The notes beneath the pieces were generated by a model. The model was not told the DNA's origin and did no database searches. It saw only the letters and a list, made by a program, of their open reading frames with translations. The position numbers and the translations under genes were made by a program. A stretch of 64,000 nt of DNA from Psilocybe cubensis (Eukaryota): the NCBI GenBank assembly GCA_017499595.2, contig CM039000.1, positions 3,162,001 to 3,226,000 on the forward strand, in the 5' to 3' direction. Positions 27,658 to 39,742 of this stretch are shown one piece after another; position 1 is the first letter of the stretch; the number at the start of each line of letters is the position of its first letter.

Positions 27658-29889
27658 ACTGCTTTTAAACGTGAGATCAAGACGTGGACTCAGAAGATAT
27701 GAGTCTATGCGAGGGAAAACTGACCTATAATTTTGCACAGAATGCTACAATTTTTTCTTACTAAAATCTGGATTGTTAGAGCAGGAGGCCAGGATATAGA
27801 ATATCAGGAAATCGACGTTACGGATGTGATGTACAAGGAGTTGCCAGATGGGAGGGAAGGGATAGTAACGGGGATTATTGGAAACAAAAGGAAAATCGTG
27901 ATGGGCTTTGATTATGACCGGGTTCCACGACATCATCCCAAAGCAAACAACACGTGGAAGGGGTATGTGTCGACCTATTTTAAGTTGGACAAGGTTATTG
28001 CACACCAAAGAAGACGTTCAACAAGTTGAAGGGGAGTGTGCGGCATTAGCACTACGGAAAGTTCGTGAGTCCAAATAGGTATGTATATGCCAGAAAATAT
28101 TCAAGATCTTGTTATATCGACACTGGATTGGTGGCTAGCAATATTCTCTGCTTGCAGTGGTCCGTTGTCACCGTGTGATTTCAAGTTTTATGTGTGGCTT
28201 TCGAGCGAGAATTGTTTCGGACAAATTTTGGCCCATTTTTTTAGCCAATTTTGATCAGGTTTTAGAGCTGACCGAGCCGACTTATTGGGACCAAAATGAT
28301 AATGGGTTGATTATAAGCGCCCGAACTTAACCACGTATGTACCTTCAAAATAAATGTCCCAATGCAGAGGTAAAAAATAATTGCGTTATTCCAAATCCTT
28401 CCAATTCAATTGTTAACTCAAGTGTCTGTTATTGTTGCGATAATATGAGGGAAGGGTAATTCTGATGACCATCGAGTCGAACAAAGAGACTGTTCCCGCC
28501 AGTGGCATTACGCAGCGGACTCCAAGTACACATTCAACGAGTGAGGAATTATGATTGAAGATCGATCATGTCCACTCTCATCGGGATCGTGTACGTATAG
28601 GAGGACAGATAAAATATCTAATTACATTCATTGTCTAGACTTGACCGCACGAAAGTAGTAGACGACAGACAGTATCGATCGTTACAAAACATAGGCAACC
28701 TGCTAAAATTGGTACTCGCTGGACTAAGAACATTTGCTAAGGAATGATGGGTGCTGAGGAATCCCGATGTTCAATGGCGCCACAAATTGTGATTGGTTTA
28801 TTAGGGTGATGAAGCTGCTATAGCTTGTGATGATGGGCATCTGAACGGATGCATGAAGGATCACAGACACTCCATGATGAATTTCGCATAATCAAAATAT
28901 GCAGTGCGCCTATCTTCAAGCAGCCTGGTCAAAATCAGAAACCGTAACCTACATTGAGACACTGGTGGACACATAGGATTGGGACGGAACAACACCTCGA
29001 TCATCAAATATTGTTAACTGCCCCGGGATAGTGAAAATAAGCAAGGATACTAACTGTAGTCTGATGGTTTCTAAACTACTGCTACTATTTGATAGTAACT
29101 TCGAGCTTTCCAAGATTGTACATTCCGCAGATGCATCCTCTGAGTCACTTCGATATTTTGAATGTATTTTTCAGTCTCGTGAATTCGATAGTTTATGTCT
29201 CTGGTATGATAGAGGGTCGTATGTTTCCTAGGTATATGACGAACTTTGTCAAAGGGGCCCGGAGATTTTGGAATCTTTTAATAATCCGAGATGATTAAAA
29301 GAGTAGATCAGCTAAGGAGACTTCTCCAGCCTATATTTATTATTGATCGAGATCAGTTTCTCTTTCGCCTGTGCTGAACTACGGATTGTCGACTTTCGCA
29401 TAACATACACCATCTTTGTTCCGTGAATTAATGCAGTCAGTCAGTAAAGTCTGGAGCGCCTTACTATTTTCCACGCACACCTTAAGAGCATCTAAGTCGA
29501 TGAGATCGAATGCCAAATTTGACAGTGGCGACCAATACGAACTCCATCATACCGTGACCCCGACGCTTCTGTGCTGACCATTCGTCCAATAATAACGCAC
29601 AGGTTTCATTGGGTGGTATCAGCGTCTCTCACGTCCGTCGAGAATTTGAAGAGTCACTGATCAGGGATCAAGTTGATGTTGCTGCGTGAAATATATAAAG
29701 GTTGGGACTCGCTCAAGGGTTGACAATAATCCCCTCATGCTCCACACTGCTCTTTCGTTTCTTAAGTTATAACACTCCTTCACCATCAAAGTTGACACGG
29801 CGCGGTGCGTCGTACGCCAACTCGTTTCCCATCTTCGCCATTCAGTATTCGTTCTTTCGATAAAATTTCTTTTCGGATAGGTTGTCAAG

Positions 29890-31407
29890 ATGTCCAGATG
29901 GATTGTTGTGGACGATAAGGCCAAAGGATTTAATATCTCATATGGCGGGGAATTGCCTTGGATGATCAGCAAAGGGATGTTGAGGGATTCTCCAGTAGAG
30001 GGCGGCCCTCCTTTGTACAATACACTGCATGGCACAAATTCCAAAGCCAACATTTCGTTCGATTTCACAGGTGAGTCGATATTCGTGACTGAGAGTTTGA
30101 CTGAAGAAGATCCGCAGGCTCTGCTTTTGGGGTCTACGGTTCACGTAATTCTTCGACACCTCGTTGGAATTGCACAATTGATGGAAAACCGGTCAAACAT
30201 TTCAATGTATCCCGCGGGGACAACCAGGAATTCTGTGGTGATACCGTAAATGATGGAACCCACAAATTTGTGATGGAAATCGACGCCACAGAGAAGGAAC
30301 AATTTTGGTTCGACTACTTCAAAGTGTTGCCACCAGCGGGTATGAATGTTCAAGCAGATGTTATCTACAGCCCAGACGATTCGCTAGTCCACTGTGATTC
30401 CGATTGGGACACCATACAATCCGGGACAATGACCATGAAAAATGGATCTATGATGACCTTTAACTTCAACGGTGCGTTTCATCGACATTCCAGAGTGCTG
30501 GTGCTGATCGTGGCTCTAAGGTGCTTCGTTGAGCTGGTTTGGAGTTTACAACAGCAGCCACCATCGAGGGCGAGCAAAAGCGACATATAGCGTCGATGGA
30601 GAAAAGCCTGTGTCATTCTGGATAGAGAACACCTCTTCGCATAATATGCCTTTGCTTTCTAACCAGCCATTCTTTCAAACTCCCAAGTACTCTGCTGGAC
30701 AGCATAGACTTGAAGTCGTATACTACGGGAATAGTAAAGCGACCCCATTGACGTTACAGCATCTGATAGTCCAAGATAGCTCACCGAACACACCAATTTC
30801 AGTTTCTCCTACTACTGGGCCAACAGCAATACCACCTTCTGATACTGTGCCGGCAACGACGACAACATACACCATGCCCGCTTCTGAGTCACCCTCGCAT
30901 CAGTCAGAAAGCAATTCCAAGATGATTGGATCCATCGCAGGAGGCGTGGTGGGCGGGTTCCTGTTCCTCGTTATCGTCGCTGTAGGATTTTTCCTGCTTG
31001 GACGCTGCAGGGCGAGAGTGGAGCATCCCGAAGCAGCCTTCCGCGATGTAATCGAGCCGTACACACACAACCCGCTTCGGCGCTCGTCTGGGTACAATCC
31101 TCTGCCCACTTCAACGGCAAAGCGGCCTCTGGTTCTGGGGAACAACCAAATGGTGGAGACGACCATCGTGGCCCCGAGGAGAAGCATAATTCGGAGCTTG
31201 ATGAGACGATTTACGGGCGCGACTTTCGATGACAGCAGGGATACCCACAACGAGGCTAGCACATTGCTTCCGTCACGCCATTCACGAACGCGGACGTCGG
31301 CTAGTTGGATTGTTATGCATGAGGACAGTGGTATTCGAGTATCTCCAGAATTACCTAGGATAAACACAGATATCATAGAGATACCTCCTACATATAGTGC
31401 TGAATAG
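29890..31407 (+). CDS. Single-pass membrane protein with beta-rich ectodomain, S/T stalk and cytoplasmic HEDSG...PPTY tail; 3 exons
   Basis: MSRWIVVDD start; introns ~30071-30117 and ~30472-30520; TM segment IGSIAGGVVGGFLFLVIVAVGFFLL. Confidence 0.8.
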
Positions 31408-31943
31408 GAGCGTCATTTCAGCATTCCGTTGGAGTACCAGCGGTCGGTCACGTACATCAAAGCGCCTTGGAAAGCTGTTTCTTGAGGTATCTGCCACACA
31501 AGAGAGACATTGAGAGCCTGCGTGACGGAAGTTCCAAAGATATCAAAACTTCGACGCAACCTTTGACAGCTCACTGTCGGCAGGTGAAAAGTCTGTTGTT
31601 TCGTTGTTAGTGCAATAGCATAAAAAGACATGATGGCTTTGCCTCCGACTTGCCTTTGGCCTGTGTTCATTTTGAGGTATTGATAGAATTTAAATCTTGC
31701 CCGTGAAGCAATTTACAATCTCCAACTTCAGTTAAAATAAAATCACATAGGCATATTGTTGTTCGATAGACGTCAAAAATATGCCATAAAATAATTGAAA
31801 GTTACTTGTGTTGGGAAGAAACAAAAGTACCACAATGTGGGGTGAAAGATGTGACGGTGTCTGAGTCAGCAAGGGCGGTGCCGGTTTTGGGAGGGCACAA
31901 CTCATCACACAAGAACTCGAACTTTATCGCCTTTCTCTTTACC

Positions 31944-34900
31944 ATGGATTCTTTTGACAACTTTCAGTATGATTCGGCCTCATCATATGGAGGCATAGGC
32001 GTTGTGGACGACAATTCATCTGTTTACACCGCTAATACTCAAGACAACGACAATTCTTCGTCGGTGGATCTTTCCAGCCTCTCACTTTCCGAGTACAACG
32101 AAGATTCAACTGGCAACGGACATGCTCATGGACATCACCACACACATTCCCAGAATCAAGTGCGGGATGGGCTGGATGAGGATTTTGACGCTGTTCTGGA
32201 CGATCTGAAGGATGAAACTACTCTTGATTTGCCCCCTCATGCGTGCAGGCACGTTTCTTGGCTATTTTTTTGTTACGTTTATTGACGAGATCTCAACTCC
32301 TAGCTATTGTGGCATACATTCTCCAGCATCAGTGGTGAAGTGTCTCGTATGCTCCAAGTGGTTTTGTAATTCGAGGGGAAACACATCTGCATCACATATC
32401 GTGAACCATCTCGTGCGCGCCAAACACAAGGAGGTCATCCTCCACGCGGAAAGCCCTCTGGGAGAAACAACCCCTGAATGTTATAATTGTGGTAGCAAAA
32501 ATGTGTTTATGCTTGGGTTCATCCCAGCAAAGAGCGATACTGTTGTGGTTCTTCTATGCCGGTTAGTAACCCATTATTTCTCGGCCAAGCTACCATTACT
32601 TACTAATTGGTTGTTTATAAAGCCAACCTTGTGCCGCCATTTCCAAAGATATATCATGGAATGCCTCACTTTGGGCACCACTGATCGATGACCGTTCTTT
32701 CCTTTCATGGCTCGTAAAGCCTCCGAGCGAGACTGAACAATTAAGGTCTCGTCAAATTTCCTTCACCCAGATCAATCGGCTCGAGGACCTCTGGCGCGAA
32801 AATGCGGAGGCGACGCTCGAGGATCTCCAAAAACCCGGTGTTGACGATGAACCGCAACCCATCCTCCTACGATACGAAGATGCCTACCAGTATCAAAACA
32901 TTTTCGGACCGCTCGTCAAAATTGAGGCAGATTATGACAAAAGGCTGAAGGAAAGTCAAACTCAAACGGACATAACTGTGAGGTGGGATCTTGGTTTGAA
33001 TCAAAAACGCGTTGCCTGGTTCTGCCTTCCTAAATTGGAGAGCGGAGAAGTAAGGTTGGCAGTGGGTGACGAGTTGAGACTGAGATACCAAGGCGAACTG
33101 CACAAGGCATGGGAGGGTGTCGGTCATGTTATCAAAATCCCTAACAGTGAGTTTGGAATGTTCTTTACGAATGTTTTGTTCTGACTCTTGTCGCTGCAGA
33201 TGTATCCGACGAAATTGGACTCGAATTACGCAGGACAGACGGTGTGCCTGCCGAATGCACTCATAACTTTGCGGCCGACTTTGTTTGGAAATCAACTAGC
33301 TTCGACAGAATGCAACTTGCAATGAAGACGTTCGCGGTTGACGAAAGAAGCGTCAGTGGATACATAGTAAGTAACAGCCACATTTTCCCGTATTCATACC
33401 TGGGCTCAATCTACCCCTATCCAGTACCACAAACTTCTGGGCCACGAACTGGAGCCACAATCGCTTCGCACTCAGATGCCTAAACGCTTCTCTGCTCCAG
33501 GCCTTCCTGAACTCAATCACTCCCAGATGTATGCGGTCAAAAGCGTGCTCCAAAAGCCTATCAGCTTAATTCAAGGTCCTCCTGGAACTGGAAAGACTGT
33601 TACATCCGCGTCCATTGTTTACCACCTGGCCAAGATGAATCCAGGACAGGTGCTCGTCTGTGCTCCATCCAACGTTGCCGTCGACCAGCTGACCGAAAAA
33701 ATTCATTCAACCGGACTCAAAGTCGTGCGATTGACAGCAAAATCACGCGAAGCACTTGATTCAAGCGTCTCGTTCCTGACGCTGCATCAGCAGGTCGCAA
33801 ACAGCACCACGCATGTGGAGCTCCAGAAGCTAATCATGCTGAAGAATGAGCAAGGAGAGTTGAGTAGCAATGATGAGAGGAAATATAAGACGTTAATCAG
33901 GCAGTGCGAGAAGGAGATATTGGGTGCTGCTGATGTCATTTGTTGCACATGTGTTGGTGCGGGTGACCCGAGGTTGAGCAAGTTGAAGTTTAGGACGGTG
34001 TTGATTGATGAGGCTACTCAAGCTGCTGAGCCTGGTATGTCTTCATTTCGAAATTCTTTATCTTTATTGTATGTCTGATTTCGACTTTAGAGTGTATGAT
34101 TCCTTTAGTTCTTGGTTGCAAACAGGTTGTTCTGGTCGGAGACCATCAAGTACGCTTGTATTTTTTTCAAAAAAATGATTTCTTCATATCTCATGTTTTA
34201 TGTAGCAACTTGGACCTGTCATCATGAACAAGAAAGCTGCCCGAGCCGGTCTTACTCAATCTCTTTTTGAGCGTCTCGTCGTGCTCGGAAACAGGCCTAT
34301 CCGTCTCCAAGTCCAGTATCGCATGCATCCGTGTCTCTCTGAATTTCCATCCAATATGTTTTACGAAGGAACGCTCCAGAACGGTGTCACCGCCCCCGAG
34401 CGTCTGCGGAAGAACGTCGACTTCCCCTGGCCCGTGCCTGATACCCCCATGTTCTTCTACCAGAACCTTGGACAGGAGGAAATCTCGAGCAGTGGGACAT
34501 CGTTCCTCAACAGGACGGAGGCCTCCAACGTGGAGAAGATCGTGACCAAATTCTTTAAGTCGGGGGTGATGCCCAACCAGATTGGCGTCGTCACGCCGTA
34601 CGAGGGACAGCGCTCGTACATTGTCAATTATATGCAGTTCAATGGGTCATTAAAGAAGGATTTGTATAAGGAGATTGAAGTGGCAAGTGTGGATGCATTC
34701 CAGGGACGGGAGAAAGATTATATCATTTTGAGCTGTGTACGCAGCAACGAGCACCAGGGCATTGGTTTCTTGAATGACCCTAGGCGGTTGAATGTCGCGC
34801 TCACGCGTGCTAAATATGGCGTGGTTATCCTTGGAAATCCTAAAGTGTTGAGCAAGGTACGTTATGGTTTAAGCTTATTAGCGATTCATTGATATTGATT

Positions 34901-35710
34901 CCCATTTTCACAGCATCCTCTTTGGCACTATCTGTTGACCCACTACAAGGAGAAGAACTGCCTCGTAGAGGGCCCGCTTAGCAATTTGCAGCCGAGCATG
35001 ATCCAATTTAGCAAGCCTCGTCGCACTCTTGTTAAGTCAATGGAACAATTTCGCAGGCATGAGACGAATGCTCGCGACTACTTGCCTGCCGCAGGAGGCC
35101 CCATGTCGTCCGATCGTAAGTTTTTCTTCACATCGTCGTCCCCAAACAATTTGCTGACTATTTCCCAGCTCTTGGTCGTCGTTCAGGCACACCCAGCCGC
35201 TTCGACGCAAGTTTCTACCGCACACACGACGCAATTGGATACATTCCATCCGACGTGCAGTCACTTCGTTCTCAGGCAACGTACTCGTCTGGTTTGCCTA
35301 TGTTCAACGCCCCAGGACCATTTGGGCCGGGGCCCATTCCCGGACGAGGCCCGAACGGTGCAAAGAGGAGCACGTACAGCTACGCGTCGTCCATTGTTTC
35401 TCAGGACGTTGGCCCGAGTGTCACCGATGCTAGTAGTGTCGTCGGCATAGGTAACAATGGTGCTGCACCACCTGCCACAGGGGGCGCGGGTGGTGTCAGC
35501 GGCGGCAATGTGGGAAACAATATGAACATTGCCTATTCGCAAAGCGACAGATTGAGGAGGCGGACTTCGTTTGGTTCGGCATCAGTCACTGGACAAAGCG
35601 ACCTGGGGAGCTTGTCACAGTATGATTATAAGAGCCAGGATGACACGGGCGATATGGATGATATGAAGAGCCAGTATGCGGGCACGCAAAATGGTGTTAC
35701 GGTGTTCTAA
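31944..35710 (+). CDS. UPF1: Nonsense-mediated decay RNA helicase Upf1/Nam7, multi-exon
   Basis: CH domain [16 protein letters not shown]...[71 protein letters not shown]. Confidence 0.98.
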
Positions 35711-37830
35711 CCTTTGCGAAATTTTGCATCAAGGGGAGCCCTCCTCCTTCAGTGCACATATTGCATACCGGCATGTCCACATCTATCAACTATACAACCC
35801 CACCGACCCTCCGAACGACTGTTTGCGTCGGGCTGAACGACCACCACCCACTTCCCCGCCGCAAATTTACTGCTATTTCGACAGCTGACTTTTTTTTGTT
35901 GGCGCCGAAAAGCTGTTAGGCAAATCAAATTAGGTCTGTAAAGCGGGGAGGAGAGCACATACAGCATGGCTTTGTTTGCTTTTTTTAAATCCTTTGGCTC
36001 GATGCTTTTGCGTGTGTGTTTACTCCAATCCGCTGTAATGCCTATTTCTTGGGGTGCATATATCTGGGACGGTTCGACTTGACGCCTTTCTTGTTGACCG
36101 TTCTCAGCGTGCATTTACCTGGAGCGATTTGCAGCTCATTTTGGATGGACCGCTCCAGTCATGACTCTTCAAACCTTCCCCTCCGACCTCTTATGCTGCA
36201 ATTTTTCACGAACACGAAATACAAAGAGAACATACTCCCATACACCCACACGAACATGATGAAACAACACCAAGAACCTTGCTTATTACAAAAGTTATCT
36301 ATATACGAACAAAAAAACAACCAAGAATTATTACAAAATATTACAAGAACACTCTCTTCTGCACTGCGTCGCTTCCTTTATTGTCTTTATTGACGACCTT
36401 TTTGCCCTGTACTTTTTAACACCTCCGTTCGAAATCGGATCTTCTCGATTCTTGTCTTTGAAGGGTTTTCGCTATTGATTGACTTTGACCCGCCCGTATG
36501 ACGGTAATCCTCCGAATATTTTTAGAACGGTATGGGATTCGGTTATTGATGGATGCCGACCATTGTGACTCCAAAACCACCTGCGCCTTCAATTGATGCT
36601 CCTTCCTTCCTCCGTCGCTAAGTATTGCTTCAAAATTAAAGCATTGCTTTCTTTGGATCAAGTGCAAGTGTACCTGGGTACATCATGGATGTGGAGATGT
36701 GTGTTTGTAGTTTTTTTCTTTTCTTGTTAATGAAGGGCGTCTGTGTATTATATTTGTTTGTTCCTTTGTTCAATTCGTGCGCGACTTGTATGCTTGCTGG
36801 GTAAATCAGCGGGATTTGCGTATGTAGCGCCTGTGAGTTACTGTCTCTGATATGAGGCGCGTGGTGCATGGCGGCCAAGAGCCGGGCACATCGAGGAGCC
36901 TGTATTGTGCAGGGGTTGAAATTAACTTGACTTATTTCCTTTTGTGCTCTTCTTCAGTTCTTACGAGTTGTAGCAATACCCAAGCAACACCCATAGGCTG
37001 TTGTTTTGGTGACGTTAGCTCGAAGTTGAGGGAATCATCATGATTCCCTTGCCCCATAGTGCCCTTTTGTTTCTTGTCTTTCTAATCTTAGCAGTAAAAG
37101 TCGCAATACCACTGATCAATGTACTATGTATATGGTACAGCCAAGGGTCACAGGGCGAAGGATAATTTATGGTCGTCAGATTCATTGTTGATTTCTGGTT
37201 GGAAAGCTTTTTGTGTTGCTGTTCACCTTATATAGCCACACCAATATAATCGCTAATCGAACCTCCGACGACGGTACTAGTACCGATTGTAAGCAAACAA
37301 TTCACAATTTTGTTCCGCGACCACCAACCAACCTCTTCACCGCCTCCTCCTCCTCCTCCTCTACTCCGCCTCCCCTCCTCCGATTCCCTTTTCTTGCCGT
37401 TAATTTGTTCCTTTCCCCTCCCGTCGTCCCTTTTCTGCACCACGAAGCAAACTGCTCACCTATCCACCCACTCCTTAGGCCCTACGCCTTATCTTTTGGA
37501 CTTGAACATTCCAGTGACCTGAGTAAGTGCTCACGCACATTTGTCCTTCCAATTATCTACCCTTGGCCCGACCCCTGACCGGTTTTTGCTCACTAATATT
37601 CTTCTCGCTACCACAGGTGTCCCGTATTCCCGGCCGTTTTCCTCTTCTCTAGTCTCTTTATCTCTATATTGGCTCTCGGCCAGATTTCACGGACGCCAAC
37701 CCTCATAAGCACTTGGAAGAGTTTGCACGCGGTCTGACAAGCATTCAAAAACCAAAAAGGACGAAGGAAAAAAAATAATACCCGTATCATATCAAATCAC
37801 ATCATCGTAAGTTAGATACGGACGAAACAG

Positions 37831-37860
37831 ACAGGACAGGACAGGACAGGACAGGACAGG
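37831..37860 (+). repeat. (ACAGG)6 microsatellite
   Basis: Direct reading. Confidence 0.9.
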
Positions 37861-38218
37861 GCCGTACGTATCTCGGGACATCATCTCAGCACCCCAGCGA
37901 CCTGTAACAGGCCTGTAACCTATCACCCCAGCGGACTCTCAGCAACTGCCTGAAGCGATCCCGTACCGTCGACACCTCACTGTGCCTATACTCACACCCA
38001 CGGGGTTGTAGGCTAGTGCTACTCCCTCTCAAACGCCATCGTCTTTCTGTGCTTGAATCATCTCATCTCCTTGATAAACCGAGTCGATACCCAAAAGCAT
38101 AAGGACCTGTGTTTAGATCGAATACGGCCGCTATACCATCGACTAGCTATCTATCGCACACTACTACCTGCTACACGAAGGTCAACTCCTGCCTACCACC
38201 ATTAGGAGAAAATTGAAG

Positions 38219-39742
38219 ATGTCTCGCGAGACAGTAGATGAACCGGGACGGGGCTCCCAGGATAAACAGGAGGAAAAGGGTCAGGAGACGGAGAAGGAGC
38301 TGAAGTATGGAGTGACGGAACTGAAGACGGAGATCGAGATCGCGTTGGAGACGAAGGAGAGAGAGGACAAAGATCCTGATTCCGTCACTATCACCAGCTG
38401 CCCCCTCACGCCTACGACGCCGACTCTCGCCCAGATCCCGACCCCGACGTCGACGATCAACTTCATCAGCGAGAAGGCGCCAGTGCTATCGCTGTCGCTG
38501 CAGATACCCGGGACCGGCCTGCTCGCTCCCACAACGACGAGCGAGCCCTCGTCCTCTGCGCCGTCGTCAGAGCCTACATCCCCAAACCCTCTCGCGGACT
38601 CGGATATCCTCTCACCGCCATCTGAGACACCTCCCTCCTCATCGAGCGCCCAGGCCTCCGCGTCATCCCTCTCCCTCTCTGCATCCACATCCGCATCGAC
38701 CACGGCCGGAACAACCTCGGAACAATGCCTCGTTACCGCGAGCGCCCGGCCGTCATCGTCTGGGGGAGGACTTAACGTTAAGTTCGCACCCCTGCCCGAG
38801 CTAGCACCACGCAAGCGGCGGTCGTCTACGCCGCTCGGAATGGCGGCGCGTGGGCAGCTGATGCGGCGGCGTAAGCAGAACGGGCATATGTCGGTGCAGC
38901 AGCAGCAGCTCGCCGCGCTGGCCGAGGCGGCGGCCGCAAACCCGTCTTGGACGGCCGAGGACCGGGAGGAGGAGCGCTTACGCCAGGAGGAGATCGCGGC
39001 CCGCTATGCACATTACCAGGCGTCTGCGACGGCGCTGGCGGCCCGTGAGGAGGAGGCATTGCTGGAGGAAGAAGAGCAGGAGGAGAGGGAAAGGGAGCGC
39101 AGAGGAGAGTTGATGAAGCTCGAGAGGCCGCGGGGCGGTGATGTTGCCGTGGCCGAACGAGAGCGCAGTCTGGGAAAGACCGTCAAGGGATTTTTGAGGC
39201 GCGTCGGAAGGTCACGCGATGCAGAGTCGGCGGCCAGTGGCAAGAAAGACAGTGGCAAGGACACGGAGATCGCGTTGAAGAGACGCAAGTCAGATATCGG
39301 CAAGCGGCCGCGGGGCACCTCGTCGCCTACTGCTACGTCGCCGCCTGAGGTTCCTCCTGTGCCTGCGCTGCCTCTCCGACCGATTCTAGCTACAATTTCG
39401 TCAAATGGGCCAGCGCAGACGAGTTCGAGGATGAGCATGAGCATTTCCGAAGAGGTGTCCGAAGTGCGACGCCAGCCAGAGCCTGTGCGCGAGGAAGAAG
39501 AGAGCGGGGGTGTATGGGAAGAAGAAATCGGCGGTGCGTTCCCGATGAACGTTGGTCAGACAGAGACCATTGTCGAGGGCCGTGCTGTGTATGCTTCCGT
39601 GGAGACCCCGACGACCACTACCACCAAGGTGGAAGGAGGAACAAAGAGCAAAGTCGACTCGAAGCCGGCAAAGTCTTCTGCGTCTCCGACTCCAAAGAAC
39701 CTGCCGGTCAAGGCAGCAAAAGTAGTCAGCACCAAGTCATGA
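38219..39742 (+). CDS. Uncharacterised low-complexity (S/P/E-rich) protein; single coding exon, probable 5'UTR intron ~37523-37616
   Basis: ~507-aa uninterrupted ORF; central LNVKFAPLPELAPRKRRSSTPLGMAAR and a charged helical segment; upstream GTAAGT..CACTAAT..CAG. Confidence 0.8.
   Translation: MSRETVDEPGRGSQDKQEEKGQETEKELKYGVTELKTEIEIALETKEREDKDPDSVTITSCPLTPTTPTLAQIPTPTSTINFISEKAPVLSLSLQIPGTGLLAPTTTSEPSSSAPSSEPTSPNPLADSDILSPPSETPPSSSSAQASASSLSLSASTSASTTAGTTSEQCLVTASARPSSSGGGLNVKFAPLPELAPRKRRSSTPLGMAARGQLMRRRKQNGHMSVQQQQLAALAEAAAANPSWTAEDREEERLRQEEIAARYAHYQASATALAAREEEALLEEEEQEERERERRGELMKLERPRGGDVAVAERERSLGKTVKGFLRRVGRSRDAESAASGKKDSGKDTEIALKRRKSDIGKRPRGTSSPTATSPPEVPPVPALPLRPILATISSNGPAQTSSRMSMSISEEVSEVRRQPEPVREEEESGGVWEEEIGGAFPMNVGQTETIVEGRAVYASVETPTTTTTKVEGGTKSKVDSKPAKSSASPTPKNLPVKAAKVVSTKS

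Noticed and set aside
28190-28330. Possible MITE remnant
   Set aside because: No terminal inverted repeat pair or TSD could be identified.
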